Below, piece by piece: positions 39,631-50,582 of a stretch of 57,494 bases of DNA. The stretch is from Bigelowiella natans CCMP2755. Lineage: Eukaryota; Protista; Cercozoa. A program made the translations under genes and the position numbers. A model generated the notes under the pieces. That model made no database searches, was not told the DNA's origin, and saw nothing but the letters and a program-made list of their open reading frames with translations. The stretch spans positions 1 through 57,494 of the forward strand of contig ADNK01001815.1 of assembly GCA_000320545.1 (NCBI GenBank), given 5' to 3'. Position 1 is the first letter of the stretch; every line of letters begins with the position of its first letter.

Positions 39631-42120
39631 CAGTAGTGGGGTAGCAGATTTGTACTTGTTAATACGATTGAAATGTGTGCCTATATCGTCCATTAGCAAC
39701 ATCACAGAGCTATGATGATGAGCACATCAACTAACATTACCATTCTCTCTTCAACCTATTCACACTACTATTGCTGCTGCTGCTTCTACTACTACACAAC
39801 AACAACGACCACTACTACTATTACTAATTCCATAACCCTCTTCTCCTTTTTCAGACAGCGCATAGCCATCGTCATCATTACTTCATTCCTTACTTACATT
39901 CTTACTTTCTTCACAGTTACCCCTCTCAACCAATCACATACACACCTGGTTGCGCTTCTTCGTCGTGCATTGTTCGTATGCACGTGCTCCGATAGCGAAG
40001 ATGTGAGGAGGTAGCCCTGATAGTGATGATGGTGATGATGGTGATGATAACGATGATGGCGATGATAGTGGAAAGAAATGACATTCCTAGTCTATTGAAT
40101 ATCGAATGCTGTTACCCTTGAAGTTGTCGCTTACACCGTTGGAGTAGAAAGGGATGATAGCTGTGTATTAAACACAGTGTGAGAACAACGGTCAGGTCGG
40201 AGTCAAGCAGCTGTGATAAATTCGCACGCATGGCGAGATTTTACAACACCGACATCGGACCTAGAACCGATGTTTGAAAGATTTTATGCGATACACTGAG
40301 GTAAGGATTATGACGCTATTGCGTACAAGAGTCAGAGACTGGGACGGATTTTAAGGCTTGGATCCCGGGTACATTTGCGGTTCCAGCTTCGACGAAATCA
40401 AGCTCTCTGTACGGGTTTACCGCGACCAAAATAGCGCCTATCCACGTGTAGATCTTGTCCTGATCATCATCATTATCATCAGCATCAGCACCACCATCAT
40501 CATTTTAGCAATGTCGCCGTTGTAGTGCAACAGAAGAAACAGAAGGAGAAGAAAAAAGAGCAAAGACTGAGCGAAGAAGCAATATTAGATGTCTGGAGGT
40601 AGTTAAAGTCAATCAGTACTACAATATCAACAACAAAACATCGCTACTATCCTATTTTTATCACCGTATTATTCCTCTCTCCTTCCCTCCGTCCCACCCC
40701 TCTCTCCATGCTTCTCCACCACGTGTTAGTAGTTGGAAACATGCCAAGGCGATATAATAGTTTTCAATTACGTGGTAGTAGCGCTGCCGAATTTGGTAGG
40801 AGAGGTCGCTCTCTTCTAAGACCTCCATCTCGCATAGGTTCATGCTAAATGTTGACATTGAGAATTGCGTTGCTATTCATGTTTCGAGATTCGTGTCATG
40901 TACTTGCCCTGTTTGTGTATTTTGTGTCTTCCCGATGTATGGTCTCATACTTACATCCAAACACAAGATGTATCACTGGCTTAGAGAGCCATTACTATTA
41001 CCTATCTCGTATCGACGATTTTCTACATTTTCTCTCTTTAGTCGCTGAGGATAGCAGCAACCGTCCATCCCCAGAGGTTCGACCAAGGAATGCGACAAGG
41101 CTGGTGGTGAAGAAATCATGAATGATATTATGACACACCAGCATTCTTGCTCTCCTTATTACCGATGGTAGTAGTAGTGATAGCAGTAATAGGTAGCAGT
41201 AGTAGTAGTAGCTTCAGATGTGTAACATTACCTTTTGCAATCACTTTGGATGCTTTCCGACAATTGTTTATCCACCTTATATGAACGGTGTCAGTGTGCT
41301 TTCAATATAAACGTCTATCAGAACAAATACTTGTCACATTTTAGCTTATTCACCGGTGTACCGTTGTAGATTTAAGCATTTCTCTACATCACCCCTTAAA
41401 TCCCCTCCAAAACAAAAGTCTCGTGGGAAAAACACGCTCTTACAATGGTGTCACAATGGTTCGAATTTACCAGTTCACACTTTCCTTTGAGGGATGCAAA
41501 ATCTTCAATGGGCTTGAAATCACCGTTATCTCCAATCTCAGCTAAAATGTGTATGTGCATGTGTATGTGACGTACGACAATATAATATATGTGTATATCT
41601 GCGTATTTGTTACAGTTTTCAATTTAGTTTGTGTGAAAAAAAGACAGAGGAAGAATTACCAGGGCAGCACACGATGTATCCTCCATCCTCGTAATTAATT
41701 TGCCTTGTCTAGTTAAATTTTTGGGAAGGGGAGGGAGAGGGGAAGGGACAAGAGATAGCAAGAAGAATCCAATCAAAAGTTCATAGGATAGTCAATGACT
41801 CTTTTCGTCAGCATCAGCAAGTCGTATGGATAATATTCGGATTTCCATACCTTTTTACTCACTTTGCTCGGCACACGCACCCAGTACAGAGTTGTCTGTG
41901 CAGATAAATTCAAACACAAGAGTGCGATGAAACGAAAGCACAAGCTTGCCAGAGTGGAAACTATTGGAACAACGCACAAGGAGTCCTAACATGTACGAGA
42001 CGCACTCCTAGATGCAATGTGGTCTACATGAATCGATTTTGGAGATAATGTTGATGGATTTTCGATAGCATAGCAAGTAACTTTGGTGTTGTTTTTTAAC
42101 GTCGTCTTAACTATTACCAT
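24517..42120 (-). CDS. Myosin heavy chain (unconventional), >40 exons, unrecognised helical tail ending in CaaX (CSIM*)
   Basis: ATG|GT at 42120, then TTLYWVRVP. Motor motifs on successive exons: DKIYTWIGAILVAVNPY, LPPHIFAIGARAY, NQAVIISGESGSGKT (P-loop), [23 protein letters not shown] (switch I), YLLEKSRVV..GPGERNYHIFY, SRNALAKNLYNQLFAWLV, VGVLDIFGFE (switch II), EQLCINYANEELQ, FFIRHYAGKVLY, PHFVRCLKPN, VLDQMRCAGLFEAVKIRKNGFPNR. The motor domain is certain. Continuity of the tail exons (24.5-30.9 kb) is mostly phase-consistent but less certain. Confidence 0.93.
27858..27923 (+). repeat. Intronic perfect tandem duplication, 33 bp x2
   Basis: ATCACAATGTCAGCGACTTTTAACAATATCAAT is repeated twice. 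Confidence 0.9.
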
Positions 42121-42736
42121 AATTGAAACACTGTTGCGCACTTCTCTTCTCGGTAGTGAAGTACTTTATCTATGGCCACTTTATTGTAGCGGGAAAGTTG
42201 GTCATTGATATGAGATCAAGGAGAAAGCAACGCTGTTTGGTATAAGGCAGTGTTTGTTGGTATAAGCTCGCTAGCTGTATCCCGCTTTCGACTATATCTA
42301 GTATATCCCAAGGCCCTTTCTCACCTTCAGCTTTAACTAGGAAGAACGATCTGTCGACAAGTATTTAAACTTTGATGCGTGTTGCTTCACACAGAAGTTG
42401 ATTTGATTTGTAAAAGCTTCAAGGCTGTTGGGGGGAAGGCAAAAGTCGACGTTTAAATAGGGTGATGCTTTTTTCCTTCTGCGACTTGATTTTCTCATGA
42501 CACTGCCAATAAATGACCTGTAATAAGATTCAGCATTGGAGAATACTGTGCCGAAGCTGTGTACGAGTAGTAGTCCACAGATCAAGTTGAACTTACTTTG
42601 AATTTCGGCAAAAAATATTTAAAAATTATCGGGCTAACTCCTCAATTTAACGGCCTGCCTTTTACAGCCTTGAAGCTGTTGTGAATAGTTGCAAAAGCAG
42701 TACTTTTGATACCCAGTTATTTGTTATTTAATTTGT

Positions 42737-42742
42737 AAAAAA
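42737..42742 (-). terminator. Oligo-T (T6) putative RNA polymerase III terminator of U3
   Basis: AAAAAA on the + strand lies 1 nt beyond the U3 terminal stem. Confidence 0.55.
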
Positions 42743-42963
42743 GCTAGAGTCTCATAGCACCGACTGTGCAGCGAAAGGGAGTCCAAACGGACATCGCCCA
42801 CGCGCGATCGTCAAGCAGTAATTCGCAGGGCGAATAGGCTGCGGTTTCACGCTCTGCACGATCGGTCGTATGAAATCATCAACTCTAGAGGAGATCTGCC
42901 TATTTTGAATAGGGCAAGAACGGGAAGTTCACTGTAGAACTGATCCTGTTCGAGTATGATCTT
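42743..42963 (-). ncRNA. U3: U3 snoRNA (~220 nt)
   Basis: The minus strand reads AAGATCATACTCGAACAGGATCAGTTCTACAG (5' GAC-like box, boxes A'/A), TTGATGA (box C'), GAGCGTGAAACC (box B) and TTGACGATCG (box C variant). It forms a long 3'-domain stem (CTAGAGT/ACTCTAG, ACCGA/TCGGT, GTGCAG/CTGCAC) with two internal hairpins, followed by CTTTTTT. Confidence 0.9.
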
Positions 42964-43290
42964 GGAAATTCAAATCTCATTTTCTGCAAAAGCAAACAAG
43001 AAACGGTTCATCGCACTTCTACTTCCAGGCCTATGATTCCATCTATATCTCGAATGATTTAAATGAAGACAACTTTTGGTCATGTCGTAAGAACAAGTTC
43101 AAGGAGATTCATAGAAATAATACAAGGGATTTTTTGAAGAAAATGCAGGTGAAAATACAATTCAATCTTGGTTTAAGAGCCAAATTACTAAGAAATTACC
43201 AGCTGTCTGGACTGACTAGTTGCCCCACCTTCGGAACGATGAGGCATTTGAGAAGATGACATGAGTGAGCGAGTAGTACCTTAAAGAAGA

Positions 43291-43519
43291 ATGATAGGCG
43301 ACAATAACGAAACGGAGGACTCGAAATCCGTTGAAGGTTAGAGTCTAACCACCATCTAAGTTACAATCACTTTCTGTTTGTGTCACTCTGCTTCCTGTTC
43401 GTTCTAATTCTCGTTCGATACGATTACAGAAGGTGCTGCAGATAGAAGAGAATCCACAAGGAAACGCCAGCAAACTGCTATATTTGATCCAAATGCCTGG
43501 CAGGTCTTAAGAGTAGTAC

Positions 43520-43562
<43 letters not shown>

Positions 43563-45720
43563 ATGCCTGGCAGGTCTTAAGAGTGGTACAGTAGTAGTAG
43601 TAGTAGTAGTAGTAGTAGAAGTAGAAGAAGTAGTAGTTAGTATGTTGGGTAGGACATTAATTTCGCATATACATGAATTGCATATTATCGGTGTTCAATA
43701 TTTATTTGAATGCACATCTCTCTCTCTTTCTCTCTGTGTGTGTGTGTGTGTGTGCGCGCGCGCGCGTATATAACCGTGTAAATGACTCCCATATTTTAAC
43801 GTTTGTTGTTTCGCCAACATGATGCCATACACCCTCTCCCTTGCTTAGATTGAGGCTGATATTCGTAAGAATCGACCGGAAAATCCCCCAGTATCTAGCA
43901 GTAGTGGTAGTAGTAGCACCATCATTAGTAGCAATATTGGGTGTGATATGCAACCATTTATGTCCATGCAAGGAATGAATAAAATATTTGCTAGCTGATT
44001 ATAGGAAGGATTTATAAATTCATTTATTTTATCAAAACAAAAGACATGGCCACTAGTAGCCCCCACAAAAAGAGACTGAGGAGGATCAACAATGTCCTTG
44101 ACGATGGCCAGAAGGAGAAAGCAGAAAAGCAGGGGAGGGAGAAAGAGAAACAAATAGATATTGGCGATACTTCCGATTACGATGAAAACATTGAATTCGA
44201 CAGGGTATACAATCCAACTGTGAACCCCTTCCTTTTGTTCACTGAGAGATAGAGCAAGATCTGCATCCGTTTGATCATCGGCTTATCAATACATACCACT
44301 GCTCTGCCAAGTGCATCATTCATATATCCACGCACGAAACCTGTCATTGAATTTATGCATAGATGATTAAATGTGTAACATTTCCCTCCTGCGCGCACAC
44401 ACACTATATATCAACGTGCAACTAAAAATAAATATAACGCAACATCACCGCTGCATTGTTGACGACATGATCAGGCCCATCTCCTCCTTGGAATCCCTAG
44501 TTTTGGCAGCAGTAGCACAAAAAAGGTTGCACTACCGCAAACGTCCACAGAGAAAGAACCACGATTTGTCAACTCGCGGCAGTATCGTAGAATCATTCAA
44601 CGTAGAAAATGGCGGGAAAGTAATGCTACCGATCTCATCAAACACGCCAAAGAAAGGGAGAGAGTGGAGGTAAATGCTAGGTTTTGTGTGCGTATATGTT
44701 CGTGTGTAGCTCGTAAGGCATTTCTGTTTTCTATAGTGTACATTCAATTAGCACACCATTCTTATTACACGATCAGAGGCAAGGTTACAAGTACAAATCT
44801 CGTCATCTACATGCGAAGCGACGAAGGAGAGGCCCAGGAGGTTGCTGCTGTTGTTACCGACAGATACACACACGCACACACACACACACACACACTTATG
44901 GCTAATTTTCTAATGAAAATTGCAAATAACACACGGCTAGCATCGTTGCTGATGAGTCTCCTTTAAAATCACACACGGGCAGGTCAATTTCTCACGAAGA
45001 GCCAACTAGAACGACTCGAGAAGGAGGAGGAAAGGCATGCTGCTGCTGCTGCTGCGAAGACGGCGGCGGCTTCAGCAGTGGCCGCAGATTCAAGGATCGA
45101 AGATTTGAATGGCAATTACTATCCGCTTGACAATAAAACACTAGGAGAGCATGGAAGAAAGGAATCAATAGGTAGACAGACTGTTGCTTACATGATACAA
45201 GGGGAGTTTTCTGTTGTATAAACGATTCAGGATCGTCGCATAGGTTAGCTGCCAAAGGTGCAATCTCCACACACACATTTATCTCAGGAGGAGGAGCAAG
45301 TATTCAAAATCTTCACGGTGAAAGTGGAAGACACGAGTTTTCTGTACCTCCTGTTCCTCTTCCTCCTCCTTCAACCTCCAGCAAACACCAGCAGCAGACC
45401 GATGACGATGTCATTTCCAGAATTTTTGGGCGAGATGAGGGAAGAAGCAGCAGCAATCCTTTCTTACACGGTAATTATGGCAGCACGTATGTATCGACAC
45501 GAAGCCAATATTTAGTAGTTTCATACAAGCCTCAATAGTTAGACGTAGTTGGAATTTAAGAATGTTATACTCACTAACGAAACGATGTGGTTTTCGTTGT
45601 GATGTGCGAAATGCAACTGTAATAATGATGGTACGTGTGAATGTTGTGTGTGTGTGTTTGCTGTGGATCAATACAGGATGGACTGAAGAAGAGATGAATC
45701 AATTTTCGCTACTGTACTAA
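43291..45720 (+). CDS. Multi-exon gene, unknown hydrophilic protein
   Basis: GT-AG exons join in phase: MIGDNNETEDSKSVE|EGAADRRESTRKRQQTAIFDPNAWQ|IEADIRKNRPENP..., MATSSPHKKRLRRINNVLDDGQKEK...IEFDR, and RRSKYSKSSR|IFGRDEGRSSSNPFLH|GWTEEEMNQFSLLY*. The start codon is uncertain. Confidence 0.55.
43492..43617 (+). repeat. Tandem duplication (70 bp period) of an exon end plus 5' splice site
   Basis: AATGCCTGGCAG|GTCTTAAGAGTRGTACAG(TAG)n occurs at 43492 and 43562. Confidence 0.9.
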
Positions 45721-46738
45721 TGATGTGCATGTGCAGCTGGGCAGATCAACATTGATGTAAAACCACAAAACAACATATTGAGCTATGAATGATGTGTATG
45801 GCATAAATACTTTGCCAGTGTGTGCAAATTACTCAAGTCTATAGCACTAGAGCAGTGCTTGCTGGGGATGATGAAGGTGCCATTTGCACGCATGGAAGCT
45901 CCTTGCAACTCGTTTTAGCTTTTCTAGCAACTTCGCCGCGCTTTCTCCCTCCGCATTGTGCTCGCCCGAAACGCAAATGGTTGTACGGCATTGCATGCTA
46001 GCATGGCATGTAGAAGCTATGCTTTTTTGTTAAAGAAGTCTGTGCACATTTACAACCATGACGTCAGATGTGAGTACATGCATGGGTAAGGCATAGCTAG
46101 ATAGCGTGTTGTCCATGCTTGTTCACTGTTGCTAAGTGTGCTAAGCCCATAAAAGAAATACACCATCGATTTAAACGCAACTGAAACCCAACGCTATGGA
46201 TCGGAAAATCCAAACGAAGAAGCGTCCGACACCCGGTACATCCACATGATTCCATTCTAGCATTCCATCCAGCCATGCATGACCATGCCGCAGAACAAAA
46301 ATGCGCGCGTGGCAATGTGAATCAAAAACATTTGTTGTGACTGCTAGCTGGTTTCTGAGCTAATCTGTGCTAGAGTGCACAGCTAGACAATGGTGTCCTA
46401 CGCACGTGTCGAACTGTGGCATTCACAACTGCAAGGGGATCATTTCATTGTCCAGTCAAAGCATTTCGCCTGACATGCTTACCCCGCCAATGCGATCACC
46501 ACGTGCGCCACACCCATACTAGCTAGCTAGCATGAGCTAGTATGATGCACCATCCATCTTCAAATTCATGACTTACGCACTATCATTGTTGGTTGGAACT
46601 TCGCTAGTTCGTGCCATTGATGCATAGGTTGTCACACCACGTCCATCTTTAGATTTGGCAGCTGTGGCAGTGGATGTCGTTAAACATTTGACATTCATTG
46701 CACTTCGTAGAGAAGTGTGAAATTCAATCGCATTTGCC
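45721..46738. other. Partially TpA-depleted, CTAG/CATG-rich tract between convergent genes
   Basis: GCATGCTAGCATG and CTAGCTAGCTAGCATGAGCTAG motifs, with TG/CA excess. Confidence 0.6.
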
Positions 46739-47535
46739 TTAGATGAGGCCATTTCTTAGAATATGCGGGCGCAGTAAAGACAGCGTAATAGGCACCGCTT
46801 CCTCAGTTCGTATAGTTCTTGATCCCTAAAAAAGAAAAACGCAAAAAATCATATTTTCAAAGATAAGGAAAATCTCTGATTCAGGATAACAAGTGATAAA
46901 TTGATTCAGCATCCGCTCACTCCTCCCTCAATCCAAAGTAACCTGATGCGTGCAGCTGTTGATATATAGAGAGAATAACGAAGATGGGTCTGCTTGGGCG
47001 AGTGATTCGTCGCCTTCTAGAGCATCCTCCAAACCGCCTATTTTCGTATTCCAGCAAATACAACAACGGAAGAGGGAAAAATACAGAAGTAGATTCGTGA
47101 TGAGTATGATGACTAATATCATGGATGCATGGGTCGCCGACGCAATACTTAAAGCAGCAATGTACGAAGTTGATTATATGTTGTTTCAGAGTCGTTGCAG
47201 TATATATATAATATTTATATGTATATGTCATGTTTAAAGAATGGAACAAATATCATGATAGAAGTTGGATCATGACGATGGCGATGGTGTATATGATTGC
47301 GAACGTTACCAAGGCCTCCAAAGACAATTAACATGTGCCGGAACGTTGGAAGCTTAAACTTCGAAGCTGCAGCATCCAGCCCTGTTAGCAGCACAGACAA
47401 CCACAATTAATGATCACAACAGCACCAAAGACACCTATGTCCTAACTCTACCACTTACCTCTCTCAGATGTACCAATGGTAAGATCATAACCGCCTTTAA
47501 AGGGGCATTCACTCAAAACTTTTCCTATAGGAAAG

Positions 47536-47575
<40 letters not shown>

Positions 47576-47991
47576 TCAATATAATCTTATAAGGAATTGG
47601 ATGAGACTACACACTATTATTGACACATATCACTAACAGGACATGCACTCACCGAGACCTCCAGCCAGACGGGTAGTATAGCTAAAAACGCAAAAATAAG
47701 AGTAGTTTGTGTGTGTGTGTGTGTGTGATGAGACAGAACATACAGGCATCACTGCACTTTCACACTGCTTCTAAACTTGGGAACCCACCCCCAATAGATC
47801 CCATCTTGTGTTCTTGGTTTTGTAGGATCGACAGCATTGCCGCGGAGTGTTCTCGGATATTGTCCTTTCAAAAGGCATATTTTATGAAATACGGCAGAGG
47901 GACACGAGAGTAGAGTTTAAAAGCTCGACGCCATTACTACTTACTACTACTACTACTACTACTGCTGCTGCTACTACTGCTACCACTACTA

Positions 47992-48023
<32 letters not shown>

Positions 48024-48534
48024 GTTATTGTTTTGCACCATTTTTGGGTGGAAGAGGCAGCTTAACCGTGACTCTTGTGCCTGCAGGGATGTTCATACCG
48101 ACCTAAGAACATAAATGTTTGTTGTTGTTGTTGTAGTAGTAGTAGTAGTAGTGGTACCAGCTTCGTGTATTACTCCATAAGTAAGTGCATGTTGGTGTTG
48201 ATTATCTGATGACGTCTGTTGGTAAATACTTGGACAGATCCCTCTCTCCCCCCGCTTCCCCTCTCCTTTCCTTCTGAAAGAGACTCACACAAACGAGTAT
48301 TACCAGTGCGCACTGTCGTAGGCCTACATTGACCCACACCTACCAACAAACGAGATTGAGGATGCAATGGCACGAGTCGTGTTGTATAGATAGCATCGTC
48401 TTCGCTTTAGGTCGTAGGAAGCAGCGTATGGTTTTGACAAATTGAAAGTGTATGATGACATAATTGAAAGGTAATTATCACAACAACATACCCCAGAGCC
48501 AGGCTTTGTGGGCCTTCGCGCTACGATCTAAGGA

Positions 48535-48574
<40 letters not shown>

Positions 48575-50099
48575 AGTGCAAAAATATAATGGTGACGTGT
48601 ACGACGATGATGACGATGATGACGATGTTGATGAGAGATACTGAGCATGGTTTTATTCATATGCACAATCATAAAACATCAGGATCCCCACAAAAGAAAT
48701 CTCTTCCATGATGCTCATTCATTCAACTCAGTATTTCTATGTAAACATCGCAAAGGTAAAAACTCCGGGGGAAGGTAGAGCAAAGGAATCGTCACACTGC
48801 TGTTTCAAGAGCGAGCTTACCCCTTCTCGATATGGCGACGGCGTGTCCATCCTCACGTGGTGGGGGGCATCCAGAGGGTTCAATAACCCAGCAAATCGGA
48901 GATCAGGATGCATTGGAAACAATTCCTGCAAATTCATGGTGAGCTCTGAACAACAACATGTTTACATTCTGTTCTAACGCTCAACAATAGATCTTCGTGG
49001 TGGCGATGTTGATGACATGTCGTTGTCTTTCCTCTCATTGATTACACGTCGTTGTCGTATCGCTCATCCTGACAAATGTAGAGACCTTTCGAAGGTACTG
49101 TGGCGTTTCTAGGTACTGCAGCACCCGTGCCATGAAGACATTGGGATCTGATCTCTTGGAAGAACCCTGCAATGGTGGTGCCCACATCGGATATGAGCAA
49201 ATGGAGTGAGTTCTATACATGAGTGCGTGCGTGCGTGTGTGTGTGTGTGTTTGTGTGTGGTGAATATGCGAAAGTTTTGTAAATTTCGCTTGTAGTATTA
49301 TTTATTGTAGGATCTGTCATTGCCTGAAATTCTCCTTCAAAAGACTTTGTTGTCCCATCTTCCGTAAAAACCACCACCTCGTCCACCTCGAAGATAGTAA
49401 GTGCGCGAGCTATCTGGCCAACGAGGTACGTGCGAAGTTCTGAGGATTGGGCGTTGCTAACGATAGACCCCGGAATCGCGACTGAGAGTTTACCAAAGGC
49501 CGGGGTGTTGTTTCCCAAAGTCATGAGTCACGATGTCATTAGTATTGTTTTCTATAAGCGCGTAATTATAATAATACATGCATACGAGCATACACACATC
49601 CGCTACCTGATACGGTAAACTTCCTACCGCGCCTCTTCGAAGTCTCGCTGCTTCCATTTCTATCGTTTATGCCATTTTTCTGCACACGGGGAGGTGTAAG
49701 ACAGCCAAACTGTCAAAGGCGTGGATGATAGGCGCATGTGTCAAGAACGTTGCGAAATCACTCACTGTGTCCCCCTGCGCGAAGGTATGCTCGCTGGGCT
49801 TTCGCGTGAGTGAAGTCGATGAAGAAGATGGCAGGGGTTGAATATCCTTTACGCATTATAGGACATCGACGATGAAATCTCAGACAAAGAGCAGAGCTTA
49901 GGATAAGGAACTCAACATCACTCCAACCCCACTCCACCCCCCTTTTCCCCTTTTTCTACGCCGCCACAACCTCCTGAGACGATGAAATTAAGGATTTCTT
50001 TGATTTATTCCCTTTACTTTTTCGTTTGTTCTTCTTCCGTTTCTTCTTGCCCTGATCCTCACCACCGCCTGCACTCTTTCTCTTCCCGATGTCACCCAT
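46739..50099 (-). CDS. SPOUT1: SPOUT domain RNA methyltransferase, SPOUT1/C9orf114 (DUF171) family
   Basis: Lys-rich N-terminus MGDIGKRKSAGGGEDQGKKKRKK, then LSVAIPGSIVSNAQSSELRTYLVGQIARALTIFEVDEVVVF, FMARVLQYLETPQYLRK, LFPMHPDLRFAGLLNPLDAPHHVR...YREG, FRHMLIVFGGLGGLE, LFSLYINSCTHQ|GSRTIRTEEAVPITLSLL. These are hallmark motifs of the family. Confidence 0.95.
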
Positions 50100-50582
50100 T
50101 GCTGGAGCAAGTGGGGTATGCGAATTTCCAGATAAAATTTATTCGAATGAATATCTAAAAAGGTAAAATATAAAGTAAATCGATTTCTATTCTACTGAAA
50201 ACCACTGGTTTTTCATTTTTCTTGCTCGATGTATCAAATGAGAACCTACGGCTTTTGACTAGTTGAAGATTATAGTAGAATAAAAAATATTGGTTTATTT
50301 AGGATTTAATCAAGAAAAATCCGAAATATGAAAGATTTAAAACTGAACGTACAACGATGCCTTGAATTCATAATATATTATCATATTCAGATGTTTCTAG
50401 TGTAAATTCTTACCAGTATCTCCTCTGGTTCGATTAATCGTTTCTTTTTTCCAATTGTTCTTGTCGTTCCCGAATATCATAGGGGATTAACAGAAAAGTC
50501 GTCTTTTTCGTCTCACAGCGCCCAAGTGACGTGTCCCCCTCTCTCCCACAGCAAAAGTCTAGTGGCATGGATTCCGGGCAGA
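50100..50582. promoter_or_regulatory. AT-rich divergent intergenic region (probable bidirectional promoter)
   Basis: Strongly AT-rich ~480 bp between the SPOUT1 ATG (-) and the next + strand gene. TA dinucleotides are abundant here. Confidence 0.4.

Noticed and set aside
42337-42585. 82 aa minus-strand ORF and small hairpins upstream of myosin
   Set aside because: It has a non-ATG start and no recognisable motif. A GTGAG donor at ~42323 suggests myosin 5' UTR.
42650-42720. GCCTTTTAC, identical to U5 snRNA loop I, next to U3
   Set aside because: The closing stem is only 2-3 bp, and there is no CCG internal loop or convincing Sm site with a 3' hairpin. An Infernal search would settle it.
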